Part shown: one piece after another, positions 48,496 to 58,237 of the stretch | How positions within the stretch are numbered: the stretch's first letter is position 1 | Layout of the letters: each line of letters begins with the position of its first letter | From: an uncultured Pseudomonadota bacterium | GTDB taxonomy: Bacteria > Oederibacteriota > Muellerivitia > Muellerivitales > Muellerivitaceae | Assembly: GCA_963770835.1 (NCBI GenBank) | Contig: CAVYRH010000004.1 | Span: forward strand, 160,001-224,000 | DNA: 64,000 nucleotides | Reading direction: 5' to 3' | The notes under the pieces: model-generated | What the model saw: the letters and a program-made list of their open reading frames with translations, nothing else | Told to the model about the DNA's origin: nothing | Databases searched by the model: none | Program-made: the position numbers and the translations under genes

Positions 48496-51400
48496 TTAGT
48501 GACGGACTAGCAGCTTGGCGGTTTTATAGCCCACATGCCCATTGGGCCCCTCCACGTCCACGACCGCGATATACAGCCCGCTGGCCATTCCTCCCGCGTT
48601 CCAAACCGCCTGATCCGCTCCAGTGCTCCCTTGGGTAGTCCCCACCAGTTCACCGGCCACGTTGTAAACCCGCACTTTGAGGGTGAATCCCTGGGTTGAA
48701 TTCACCGTGAAGACCGCCGTAGTTTGCCCTCCCGCCAGCACATTGGGCTCCACCAGCAGTTGCCCGGGGACCATTCCCCTTGAGCCGTCCATCACTGATA
48801 CCTGGCGAGTGACAACCTGGTCATTGGGCCCGCTCAGCCAGGAAGCTTCCACGTAGTATTGGCCGTTCGTCACCATGCCGCCCTGGTCATTGGTGCCGTC
48901 CCAAACCAATGTCACGCTTCCGCCGGAAACAGACACATTGATGGTGATTTGCGACGATGAGGTGGAAGAGGCCGAGACGACACCGGGCGCGACCGTATTG
49001 GAGGATAAGTCCAAGGACTGGATGGTGCTGTTGGAGTTCGACACGATTCCCTGGTAGAGGTGTTTCACGATCTCACCGGCCTCGTTATAAACGGCGACTG
49101 AAAGGGTGGAGAGGGAGCGGTTGACGCTGACGTTCTGGGTGACGGAGGTGACAACACCCAAAGAATCGGTGCTTTGGACCTTGATGAAATACTGGCCGCT
49201 GGTGACCTCCGTGCCATTCTGGGCCGTGCCATCCCAGGAAGCCACCGTCGCATCGAGGATGGAGACGGAAGTGGAAGAAACCTGGTTGGTCAAGGACATG
49301 GAGGAGAGTTGGAAGGAGGAGATGGTTTGGGCGAAGTTCTGGACCAGGAGGGTTTTCACCAGTTCACCCGCCGAATTGTAGACGGCGACCTGGACGGTGA
49401 TGGGGAAAATTACCGTCACCGGCGCGGTGACGGACTGGGGCTGTCCTCCCGTCTCTTGCACCTGGGCGTTGTTGAGGAGGACGGTTTGTTCCACCAGGCT
49501 GGAAGAAATGGTCACGGTGTAGGGAAGCTGGTAGACGCCGGGGGCCAGGGAAGGGAAGGCCCAGGTGAGGACGGGGCCGGTTTGACCCATGGTTTCGCCC
49601 GCCACGGCAGGCGAGGGTTGGCCCATCCCCGCGAAAACCACCTGCGCGGGCAGGGTATCCGTAACTTGGACGTTGGAGGCTGTGGAACCCGAGACGGTCA
49701 GCAGGATCCGGTAAACCACGGTATCACCGGGATGGGCTGTGGTTTCGGAAGCGATCTTTTGGATTTGGATTCCCGGAGTGGGGGTCGCCGTGTTGGTGGG
49801 CGTGGAGGTATAGGTGGAAGTGGGAGTGAAAGTGAAGGTGAGGGTCGGTGTAAAGGTGTCAGTGGAAGTGGGCGTAAGCGTAGTGGTGGAGGTCGGTGTA
49901 AAGGTCGATGTCCGGGTGGGCGAGTCCGTCGGCGTCGAGGTGGCGGTCATGGTTGGCGTAAGGGTGGGTGTGGAGGTGTCCGTAACCGTCGCGGTTGGGG
50001 TCGCGGTGAAGGTTGAGGTTAAGGTGGATGTGACGGTGGCCGTTGGCGTGGCAGTCGAGGTCAAGGTAGCGGTGGAGCTGGGGGTGAAAGTTGGGGTGGC
50101 CGTAGGAGTGGCCGTTTCCGTAGACGTGAAAGTGAGGGTGGGCGTGGAAGTCGCCGTAAAGGTGGGCGTGGCGGTGGGCGTAGAAGAAGGCGTGGTGGTG
50201 GGGGAATTCGTCGGCGTATCCGTGGGAGTGGAGGTGGGCAGGGGGGTTGTGGTATTCGTGGGCGTGTTGGTGGCCGTGGCGGTGGAAGTGTTGGTGGGAG
50301 TTAAGGTGGGTGTGGAGGTCGGCGTCGCGGTCGCAGTGGATGTGGGAGTGGCTGTGGGGGTGTAAGAGGGGGTTGGGGTCATCGTGCTAGTGGGGGTGGC
50401 CGTCGGGGATGGGGTCGGGGTATGGGTGACGGTATTCGTGGCAGTGGCTGTCGCAGTGTTGGTCGGAGTTAAAGTCGGCGTCGTGGTCGCCGTGAAAGAA
50501 GGTGTCGAAGAAGGCGTAGGCGTGGGGGTATTCGTCGGCGTATTCGTGGGGGTGGAGGTGGGCAGAGGGGTTGTGGTGTTCGTGGGCGTGTTGGTGGCCG
50601 TGGCGGTGGAAGTGTTGGTGGGAGTTAAGGTGGGTGTAGAAGTCGGAGTCGCTGTGGCGGTGGAAGTGGGGGAATCCGTGGGGGTACGGGTAGCTGTCAG
50701 TGTCGTGGTGTTCGTCGGAGTGGCCGTCGGGGACGGGGTAGGGGTGTTGGTGGCGGTATTTGAAGGGGTATTGGTCGCGGTAAAGGTGGAAGTCATCGTT
50801 GCCGTGGAAGTGGCCGTGGAAGTGGGCGTGGAGGAAGGCGTGGCGGTGGGGGAATTGGTCGGCGTATTCGTAGGGGTGGAGGTGGGGATGGGCGTTGTGG
50901 TGTTTGTGGCCGTCGGGGTAGCTGTGGCAGTGGCGGAACTGGTCGGGGTCAGGGTGGCCGTGGCGGTTGAAGTATTCGTCGGCGTGTTGCTCGGCGTGTT
51001 GGTTGGTGTGTTCGTCGGGGTGGCCGTAGGGCTGTTGGAAGGGGTTGGGGTGGGCGTGTTGGTCGGAGTGTTGGTGGGCGTATTGGTCGTGGTGGCTGTG
51101 GGGGTGTTGGTGGGTGTATTGGTGGGAGTGTTGGGCAGGGTGTTGGTCGGAGTGTTGGTGGGGGTATTGGTTGGAGTGGCCGTGGGGGTGTTGGTTGGCG
51201 TTAAAGTCGGCGTATTGGTGGGGGTTGGGGTATCGGTGACTGTCGGCGTGTCCGTGGGCGTGGCCGAGGGGGTGTTGGTGGGCGTGCAGGTGTATCCCAC
51301 GTTATTGGTCACGGCGTTGGATAAGAGAGTGGAAGGCTGGGTCTCAAAATTTTCCTCCTCGGCGATATTGGTCACAACCCCGGAACAGGTTCCCGCCGGC

Positions 51401-52953
51401 AGGGCTCCGACGGTGACACTGAAGGAAAGGGTTCCCGAAACGCCCGCTGCCAGGTAGTTGATCTGCCAGAGCAAATCCTGCCCCACCAGGGCGGTGACAG
51501 GCTGGTAGGGATTGCTGGTGACCGAATTGGAAAGAAGGTTTGTCCCGGTCGGGATCGTGTCGTTGATTACAACGCCGTCGATGGCGGAGGTGCCGGTATT
51601 CTTATAGGCCAGGGTGTAAGTGATGGTCTGTCCCTGGTTCACCTGGCCGGCCGGGTTGTTGGACTTGGCCAGGGTAATGCTGGGGTTGGGGCAGGAAATC
51701 CACTGGGGACAGTCGAAGTAGCCCCATCCATAATGGCCGCCTTCGCCGCAGTCATATTCGCTCACGACGATGGTGCATTGCTGGCCCGCGTATTGGCACA
51801 GGTTGAAGGTATAGGGGGTCCAGGGAAAAACCCCCCAGTTCGTCCCGTTGGAGGGGTTCACCTGGCAGCCGCCCGCCGCGCCGACCGTTCCGGCGTTGTT
51901 CCCCACCAAGCCGTCCAGGGTCACCAGGCCCGACCCGACCAGGTACTGCCAATTGAGCAGCAGGTCGTAAACCTGCAGGCCGCCCGCGCCGCATTGGCCC
52001 CCGCCGATATAAACCTGGACCTCCAGGTAGGCGTCGTCGTTGGGGTTGCCCGGATTGTTGAGGTAGTGGTAATTCTCGAAAACACCCGCCAGCTCAAACG
52101 ACAGGCAGCAAGAACCGTTGGTTGGAACCGTTGAACTGGTGCAGACCCGGGCGTAATCGCCATGGTTCGTGTCCCCCCGGCCCGAGAAAAGCTGGTAGGC
52201 GCTGGGCTGGCCGGCCGGGACCGTGTTTAGGAGCCCGTTCGAGTTGGGGGCTATCCCGGGACCCACGGGGACGGCCACCGGGTTGCATGCTACGTTGGCG
52301 CCCGTATTAATAAGGGAGGTCCAATTCGTAAATTCGCTTGAACAGGCATTGGGCCAGGGGATGGGAGTGAAAGTCGGCGTAAAAGTGGAGGTGGAAGTAA
52401 AGGTTGGCGTGGGAGTGTGGGTGAAGGTTGGAGTGAAAGATGCCGTCGGGGTAGAGGTGGGCGTGGCCGTATCGGTCAGGGTGAAAGAGGAAGTGGGCGT
52501 GGAAGTGGAGCTAAGGGTGGCCGTACTGGTAGGAGTGAAGCTGGCCGTCGGCGTGAAGGTTGAAGTCGGAGTGGAGGTGCCTGTGTTTGTCGGTGTCACC
52601 GTCGGGGAATTGGAGGCTGTGGGAGTGGGTGTGGCGGTATTCGTGGGAGTGACCGTCGCGGTGTTGGTTGAAGTCGGAGTCTGCGTTGAAGTTGATGTGG
52701 AAGTGGGACTGGGGGTAGCCGTGCCGGTCGGGGTGTCAGTGAAGATGGCCGTATTGGTCAGCGTGAATGTGAAGGTCGGAGTGGGGCTGGGCGTGTCCGT
52801 TGGGGACGCCATGGGCGTCGAGGTTGAAGTATCGGTGGGGGAATCGGACGGGGTTAAGGTCTGGGACCTCACCGGCGCGACCGCGAGGAAAGCCAGGGTC
52901 GTCAAGATCCATAAGACCGATCTTACTGGGGACAGTTGTATCATCTCCGACAT
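48496..52953 (-). CDS. Large secreted surface protein: (T-X)n tract, Cys-rich head, DUF11, about 500-aa (T-X)n stalk, DUF11, two FlgD-like Ig domains, T9SS-like C-terminal domain
   Basis: Signal peptide from ATG 52953 (GAAGGA RBS); DUF11 motifs K...G.TITYTL...N.G...DTIP and K...PGDTV.Y...VTDTLP; WDGT...G.Y twice; EPN...VYNVAGELV...W...MASGLY...KLLVRH. Confidence 0.88.
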   Translation of the reverse strand: MSEMIQLSPVRSVLWILTTLAFLAVAPVRSQTLTPSDSPTDTSTSTPMASPTDTPSPTPTFTFTLTNTAIFTDTPTGTATPSPTSTSTSTQTPTSTNTATVTPTNTATPTPTASNSPTVTPTNTGTSTPTSTFTPTASFTPTSTATLSSTSTPTSSFTLTDTATPTSTPTASFTPTFTHTPTPTFTSTSTFTPTFTPIPWPNACSSEFTNWTSLINTGANVACNPVAVPVGPGIAPNSNGLLNTVPAGQPSAYQLFSGRGDTNHGDYARVCTSSTVPTNGSCCLSFELAGVFENYHYLNNPGNPNDDAYLEVQVYIGGGQCGAGGLQVYDLLLNWQYLVGSGLVTLDGLVGNNAGTVGAAGGCQVNPSNGTNWGVFPWTPYTFNLCQYAGQQCTIVVSEYDCGEGGHYGWGYFDCPQWISCPNPSITLAKSNNPAGQVNQGQTITYTLAYKNTGTSAIDGVVINDTIPTGTNLLSNSVTSNPYQPVTALVGQDLLWQINYLAAGVSGTLSFSVTVGALPAGTCSGVVTNIAEEENFETQPSTLLSNAVTNNVGYTCTPTNTPSATPTDTPTVTDTPTPTNTPTLTPTNTPTATPTNTPTNTPTNTLPNTPTNTPTNTPTATTTNTPTNTPTNTPTPTPSNSPTATPTNTPTNTPSNTPTNTSTATATLTPTSSATATATPTATNTTTPIPTSTPTNTPTNSPTATPSSTPTSTATSTATMTSTFTATNTPSNTATNTPTPSPTATPTNTTTLTATRTPTDSPTSTATATPTSTPTLTPTNTSTATATNTPTNTTTPLPTSTPTNTPTNTPTPTPSSTPSFTATTTPTLTPTNTATATATNTVTHTPTPSPTATPTSTMTPTPSYTPTATPTSTATATPTSTPTLTPTNTSTATATNTPTNTTTPLPTSTPTDTPTNSPTTTPSSTPTATPTFTATSTPTLTFTSTETATPTATPTFTPSSTATLTSTATPTATVTSTLTSTFTATPTATVTDTSTPTLTPTMTATSTPTDSPTRTSTFTPTSTTTLTPTSTDTFTPTLTFTFTPTSTYTSTPTNTATPTPGIQIQKIASETTAHPGDTVVYRILLTVSGSTASNVQVTDTLPAQVVFAGMGQPSPAVAGETMGQTGPVLTWAFPSLAPGVYQLPYTVTISSSLVEQTVLLNNAQVQETGGQPQSVTAPVTVIFPITVQVAVYNSAGELVKTLLVQNFAQTISSFQLSSMSLTNQVSSTSVSILDATVASWDGTAQNGTEVTSGQYFIKVQSTDSLGVVTSVTQNVSVNRSLSTLSVAVYNEAGEIVKHLYQGIVSNSNSTIQSLDLSSNTVAPGVVSASSTSSSQITINVSVSGGSVTLVWDGTNDQGGMVTNGQYYVEASWLSGPNDQVVTRQVSVMDGSRGMVPGQLLVEPNVLAGGQTTAVFTVNSTQGFTLKVRVYNVAGELVGTTQGSTGADQAVWNAGGMASGLYIAVVDVEGPNGHVGYKTAKLLVRH

Positions 52954-53306
52954 TTCAGTCCTTCTTTCGGATTCTAAAAGCCTCTCTGAAACGGGCCTGT
53001 TGATTGAACGGAATCGGGGGTGTCCAGCGGCAACCAGACGGGCGATTAGGAGGAACAAATGGAAAGATATTTTCTTTTGTTTTTTGCATTAGATAGTTCG
53101 AAAAACCACCAAAGTAATGTGGAAATTCTTCCAACATTCCCTTTTAAATGGGAACGCCCGGAATGGACGCGAATAGGGAATGACGCGATTTCATTCTGAA
53201 ATCTTCCCGTCTTTCTGGTTTCCAAAAACGCCTCCTCCATTCGGTTCGCCGGAAATTTTCCGGTGGACACGGAAAAGGGTGACATTTCGACTCTCTCCCC
53301 TAAATG

Positions 53307-53323
53307 AGCACGTTCAATGCCAG
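53307..53323 (-). promoter_or_regulatory. Possible sigma54 promoter upstream of the large stalk protein
   Basis: Minus strand reads CTGGCATTGAACGTGCT (GG-N10-GC). Confidence 0.45.
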
Positions 53324-53632
53324 TTCAAAGCGAGTCATGTTTCAAAAAAGAAAATTTGTCCTGGGAAGCGGGTGGAGTAAAACGAGTAAAAATGTCTTAA
53401 ACACGTCCGAGTTGTATTTTTTTTGAAAAAGATAACGGCAAATTAATTTGGACGGGAAATTCCTCCTTTTGAAACCGATTGAAATTTTTACATCCGCCGG
53501 TTTTTTTAACATCCCACAGGTGGTATCTAAGAGAACTAGTAGAAAAACCCCTTAAATCGGTTATTTCCCCCCGAATCCGCCTTTATCGTGTTCATCGGTG
53601 TTTCACTGACCCCATTTTTGCCTGGGTTTGGT

Positions 53633-56464
53633 TTAATGCCGCACCACCAGCTTGGTGGTTTTGTAGACGACATGCCCATTTGGCCCCTCCAAGTCCACCA
53701 CGGCGATATATAACCCGCTTGCCATTCCCCCCGCGTTCCAAACCGCCTGGTCCGCCCCGGAAGGCCCCTGAACCGCCCCCACCAGTTCGCCAGCCACGTC
53801 ATAAACCCGCACCCTCAGGGTGAAACCTTGGGCCGAATCCACCGTGAAGACAGCGGCTGTTTGTCCGCCGGCCAGTACATTGGGCTCCACCAACAGCTGA
53901 CCCGGAACCATCCCCCGGGATCCGTCCACCACCGATACCTGCTGGGTGACGACTTGGTCGTCCCCGCCGTTCAACCAGGAGGCTTCCACGTAATATTGGC
54001 CGTTGGTCACCATGCCGCCCTGGTCATTGGTGCCGTCCCAGGCCAGCGTCACGCCGGCCCCGGCCATGGCGACCAAAACCGTAATGGACGAGGAGGAAGG
54101 AGAAACGGTAGGGGAACCAGGAGTAACCACGGTGGAGGACAAAACCACGGACTGGATGGTATTGCTGTTGCTTGGCACGATCCCCTGGTAAAGATGTTTC
54201 ACCACTTCGCCCGTCTCGTTGTAAACGGCCACGGAGAGGGTGGAAAGGGATCGGTTGACGCCGACGGTCCGGGTGACGGTGGTGACTACGCCGAGGGAGT
54301 CGGTGCTTTGGACCTTGATGAAATACTGGCCGTTGGTGACCTCCGTGCCGTTCTGGGCCGTGCCGTCCCAAGTTGCCACCACGCCAAGGATGGAGACGGC
54401 GACGGAGGAAACCTGGTTGGTCAAGGACGTAGAGGAGAGTTGGAAGGAAGAGATGGTTTGGGCGAAGTTCTGAACCAAGAGAGTTTTCACCAATTCACCA
54501 ACCGAATTGTAAACCGCGACCTGGACGGTGATGGGAAAAACCACAGTGACCGGCGCGGTGACGGACTGCGGCCGGCCACCGGAGAAGACTACTTGGGCAT
54601 TGTTTAAGAGCACGGTTTGCTCCACGAGGGTGGAGGAGACGGCGACCGTATAGGGCAGCTGGTAGACACCGGGGTTCAAGGAAGGGAAAGACCAAGCGAG
54701 GACAGAGCCGTTTTCGCCCATAGCCTCACCCACCACGGAAGGCGAGGGCTGGCCCAGGCCCAAGAAAGCAACCTGAGCGGGCAGGGTGTCGGTAACTTGG
54801 ACGTTGGAGGCGGTGGAGCCGGAAACGGACAGGAGGATTTTGTAGGTGAGGGTGTCCCCCGGGTGGGCGGAGGTTTCGGAGGCGGATTTTTGGATTTGGA
54901 TGCCGGGCGTGGGGGTGGAAGTGTTGGTGGGAGTGGGCGTAAAGGTGAAGGTGAGGGTGGGGGTGAAGGTATCCGTGGGAGTGGGCGTGAGCGTGGGTGT
55001 GAAGGTGGGTGTGAAGGTCGGGGTTTTCGTGGGAGTGGCGCTTGGAGTGGGCGTATCGGTATTCGTGAAGGTATAGGTGGGTGTAGGGGTTGGGGTGTTT
55101 GTGGGTGTAAGGGTTGGGGTGTTGGAAGAGGTGTTGGTGGGGCTGTTGGTCGGGGTGTTGGTGGAGGTAGAGGTGTCCGTCATGGTGGGCGTGGATGTGG
55201 AAGTGGCCGTGGCGGTTGACGTTGGGGATAAAGTGGGAGTCCAGGTTAAGGTCACGGTGGGTGTTAAAGTGACTGTGAAAGTATTGGTGGCAGTGCCGGT
55301 ATTGGTGCTCGTGGCCGTGGCGGTGAAGGTCGGCGGACAGCCAACGACCGTATTCGTAACGGCGTTGGAGATGAGCCCGGCGGTTTCCAGGTCGGACTCA
55401 ACGGCGGTGTTGGGGATGTCCCCACAAGTGGAGCCAGCCACCACCTGGAAGGAGACGGTCCCGGTGTTGCCCGGATAAAGGTATCCGACGTCCCAAATCA
55501 GGTCATTGCCGATCATGGCGGTGGCGGGGATGCTGGGACTGCTCCCCATGGACCCGGGGACGAAGGCCGTGCCCGTAGGGACGGTATCGTTGATCACCAC
55601 TCCGTCGATGGGCGAGGTGCCCGTATTGGCGTAAGACAAGGTATAGGTGATGGTTTGGCCCTGGTTTACCTGGCCCGTAGGGCTATTGGCCTTAGTGAGG
55701 GTAATGCTGGGGGAGGGACAGACCCCCCAACTGACGTCGTCCAAATAGCCCAGGCCGAAATGCCCTCCCGCCACGCAGTCGTAATCGGTGACGCGCAATG
55801 TGGCCTGCTGGCCCGCGTATTTGCAGAGGTTGATGGTGTATTGGGTCCAGGGAAGGTAGCCGAAATCGTTGCCGCCATCATTGCCACCCCCCCCACCGCC
55901 TGCGTCCTGGCAGAAGCCGGTGTTTCCGACTCCCGTCAAGCCATTCACCACCACCTGGCCCAAGGTATTGGACCAGGTGTAGCGCAAGCTGGCCACCGTC
56001 GTGCCCCCGACGAGGACTTCCACTAAAAGATAAGTGTCCCCAGCCAGGTCGCCTTGCAAGTAATGGTGGTCCTCAAAAACAGCGGCGAACCAGAAAGAAA
56101 GGCAGCAGGTACCGTCAGTCGGCACCGTATCGGTTTGATAGATCTGGGCCCAGTCGGCGTGGTTATTGTCGCCACGGGCCGAAAAGAGCTGGGCGGCGTA
56201 GTTGCCGGTGTGGACCTGGTTCAAACCGGCGGGGGCCAGGGGGCCGGCGGAATCGGGCGCGACGCCCACGGGAACCACGGTGACACTGGGCGGGGCGCAA
56301 ACTACGTTGGGGCCCGAGGCGATCGCGGTGGTCCAGCCGGTCAGGTTGCCCGTTTCAAAACCGGGGTTCACCCAGGCTTGCGCGCTGGAGAAACCCGAGG
56401 CCGTGAAGAGCAATGGCAATAGGAAGGTTCGCGAGGAAGAGAAAAGACTCATTAGTTTTGACAT
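53633..56464 (-). CDS. Paralog of the 48496-52953 protein with a shorter (T-X)n stalk
   Basis: Same head, DUF11, stalk, DUF11, 2x FlgD-like and C-terminal domain order; nearly identical 3' DNA; signal peptide ending AQA|W. Confidence 0.9.
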   Translation of the reverse strand: MSKLMSLFSSSRTFLLPLLFTASGFSSAQAWVNPGFETGNLTGWTTAIASGPNVVCAPPSVTVVPVGVAPDSAGPLAPAGLNQVHTGNYAAQLFSARGDNNHADWAQIYQTDTVPTDGTCCLSFWFAAVFEDHHYLQGDLAGDTYLLVEVLVGGTTVASLRYTWSNTLGQVVVNGLTGVGNTGFCQDAGGGGGGNDGGNDFGYLPWTQYTINLCKYAGQQATLRVTDYDCVAGGHFGLGYLDDVSWGVCPSPSITLTKANSPTGQVNQGQTITYTLSYANTGTSPIDGVVINDTVPTGTAFVPGSMGSSPSIPATAMIGNDLIWDVGYLYPGNTGTVSFQVVAGSTCGDIPNTAVESDLETAGLISNAVTNTVVGCPPTFTATATSTNTGTATNTFTVTLTPTVTLTWTPTLSPTSTATATSTSTPTMTDTSTSTNTPTNSPTNTSSNTPTLTPTNTPTPTPTYTFTNTDTPTPSATPTKTPTFTPTFTPTLTPTPTDTFTPTLTFTFTPTPTNTSTPTPGIQIQKSASETSAHPGDTLTYKILLSVSGSTASNVQVTDTLPAQVAFLGLGQPSPSVVGEAMGENGSVLAWSFPSLNPGVYQLPYTVAVSSTLVEQTVLLNNAQVVFSGGRPQSVTAPVTVVFPITVQVAVYNSVGELVKTLLVQNFAQTISSFQLSSTSLTNQVSSVAVSILGVVATWDGTAQNGTEVTNGQYFIKVQSTDSLGVVTTVTRTVGVNRSLSTLSVAVYNETGEVVKHLYQGIVPSNSNTIQSVVLSSTVVTPGSPTVSPSSSSITVLVAMAGAGVTLAWDGTNDQGGMVTNGQYYVEASWLNGGDDQVVTQQVSVVDGSRGMVPGQLLVEPNVLAGGQTAAVFTVDSAQGFTLRVRVYDVAGELVGAVQGPSGADQAVWNAGGMASGLYIAVVDLEGPNGHVVYKTTKLVVRH

Positions 56465-57008
56465 ATCCCTGCGCCTCGGCGTTTAACAAATGGTTTTTTC
56501 AAAAAAGTTAAGTTTGTGATTATGAGAATTTTTTTTGGACCAACATCACTGGCTATTGCGACCCTACCACCGGAAAATGAAAGAGTACAAGCGGCCATTC
56601 CAAAATTTTACCGGGAAGTAAAAATATTTTTGCATCCAGGGAGTTAAACGAAATGGAGTGCCGTAGATTTGTCCGAAATTTTTTTTGACCCTGATCACGC
56701 AGTAAAACGAAAGTAAATGGCGTGCTTAACGATTTTAGAAAAAACGATACCGGTTAATTTTCGAAAAAAACGTTTTCGGATTTTTTCTCCGCGAACAGCC
56801 GGCAAAAAATCGAAAGTTAATCGCCTTTAAATCGGAGTGCTGCGAAAATTATTTCACTGGTTTTTTAATGACATGATGGGAAGGATTCCTTTGGGTGGCG
56901 GCATAATTCACCGATTTTTAATGGGTAATTTCCCGTTGACGGAAACTAAGGGTTGACACGAAGATAAAAGCCGAAAGATCGGCCCTTCGGCCCATTAGGA
57001 GAAAGTCC

Positions 57009-57419
57009 TTGGCGGGTTATTCCCAAACACCCCTTCTGAAGAAACTTGGGATCAAAGGCGAGTTCCGCATGGCTGTCCTTAACGCCCCCCAGGACTATTT
57101 CAAATGGTTGGGCCAACTGCCGCCGGGCGTCCAAGTTGTTTCTTTTCCCAAGGGAGAAATGGATTTCATCCATTTTTTTACCAAGAACCGCAAGGAATAT
57201 GAAAAGAGATTGGTGGACTTTAAAAAAGCCGTAGCGCAGGACGGTATGATCTGGGTTTCCTGGCCCAAAGCGGCCTCCAAAGTGCCAACGGACGTGACGG
57301 AAAAGGTGGTACGTGAATACGCCTTAAAGATCAGCCTGGTGGACATCAAGGTCTGCGCGGTGGATGAAACCTGGTCGGGTTTGAAACTGGTGATTCCGGT
57401 GAAAGACCGTAAAAAATGA
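57009..57419 (+). CDS. DUF3052-family protein
   Basis: MAGYS.TPL.KKLGIK, WVSWPKAASK and LVDIKVCAVDETWSGLKLV. Confidence 0.88.
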   Translation: MAGYSQTPLLKKLGIKGEFRMAVLNAPQDYFKWLGQLPPGVQVVSFPKGEMDFIHFFTKNRKEYEKRLVDFKKAVAQDGMIWVSWPKAASKVPTDVTEKVVREYALKISLVDIKVCAVDETWSGLKLVIPVKDRKK

Positions 57420-57591
57420 ACGAGGCCCTATCGCCAATTGGACTTAGGCTTGGCAATATCAATTGTTGGTCGGCAATCGGGGATTGTTCTTTGTTAGCCT
57501 TGATTTATTGATTTTCTCAAACTTACACTCAAATGCCGTTAGATATTTGGGTGTAAGTTTTTTTGGTTATGGAGTGTATTTATGTTTTTTC

Positions 57592-57713
57592 AAAAAAACA
57601 AAAAGGCCGCACCCACCCGTTTATCCTTTGGGAGAACAAACCGCTTCAGCTTTAGACTAAAGACTTCGAAGCCACGGAGAGAGTTGTGACTTTTCCTTTC
57701 GGAAGGTGCGGTT
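57592..57713 (-). ncRNA. Candidate small RNA 1 (about 120 nt)
   Basis: Promoter TTGAAA-16-TAAATT; 5' CCGCACC pairs with 3' GGTGCGG followed by a U-tract; internal hairpins include UUCC-GAAA-GGAA; G-U pairs favour the minus strand. Confidence 0.5.
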
Positions 57714-57782
57714 AAATTTAATTTAAAAACGAAGGGATAGATTTCAAGGGGGAGGGGGGAGAACCGCAAAATTTTCAAAGGG

Positions 57783-57826
57783 AATAAAAACCCTCAACTG
57801 CCGCCAGGCAGTTGAGGGTTTTTATT
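57783..57826. terminator. Perfect 20-bp inverted repeat / bidirectional terminator
   Basis: AATAAAAACCCTCAACTGCC-gcca-GGCAGTTGAGGGTTTTTATT. Confidence 0.85.
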
Positions 57827-57849
57827 TGGAAATGGAGTTTATTTACAAT

Positions 57850-57940
57850 AAAAAAGGCCGCACGCTCCGGAATTCCGGAGATCAGGGGCTCACCCAGTTT
57901 TTAGTGGTAGTGGCCCGTACTCTGATGGACTGTGCGACCT
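57850..57940 (-). ncRNA. Candidate small RNA 2 (about 90 nt)
   Basis: Promoter-like TTGTAC-16-GAAAAT; 5' GGTCGCAC pairs with 3' GTGCGGCC followed by U6; three-way junction with ATCAG/CTGAT and CTCCGG/CCGGAG stems. Confidence 0.45.
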
Positions 57941-58237
57941 TTTTTCATTTTCTCCCATCCTTCGATGGGTACAAGTGGAATCTTGAAATCCCGGATTATT
58001 TTTAGCGCATAAAGCAGGCCAGTAAAAAAGAACCGGCCGAAAAATAAAAAACGCTTTTTTAACAGGCTGGGAAAAAATAGAACAATCTATTTTCAAAACA
58101 ACGCTTTTGTAAAAACGTTTGAAATTAAAGATAAAAGTGTCCTCCGAAAACCTCCCGAAGTTTGCGTGGGAGAACGATCTTTTTTGGGCTATAACTATTT
58201 GAGTTTTGTTGAGCATCCAAAGCGGCTAAGGAATTTT

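Noticed and set aside
49814..55478. Long Val/Gly-rich ORFs on the + strand (e.g. 49814-50365, 50384-51457, 52223-53092, 55077-55478)
   Set aside because: They are antisense shadows of the (T-X)n codons: ACN reverse-complements give GTN/GGN runs without stops.
48496..56464. Near-identical 3' regions considered as a DGR template/variable repeat pair
   Set aside because: No reverse transcriptase is present, differences are not adenine-specific, and both copies lie within intact paralogous genes.
44016..57000. c-di-GMP riboswitches in the long intergenic regions before the surface-protein genes
   Set aside because: No GEMM-I/II consensus was found by eye in the regions examined; an Infernal scan would be needed to exclude them.
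57463..57660. 65-aa hydrophobic AT-rich ORF
   Set aside because: TTG start with no RBS, and the 3' part runs through the structured element; kept only as an alternative (type I toxin) hypothesis.
57901..57948. 15-codon minus-strand ORF MKKGRTVHQSTGHYH with GGAG RBS as a His-leader attenuator
   Set aside because: Only three scattered His codons and no downstream biosynthetic gene on that strand; it overlaps the predicted promoter of candidate sRNA 2. Not fully excluded.
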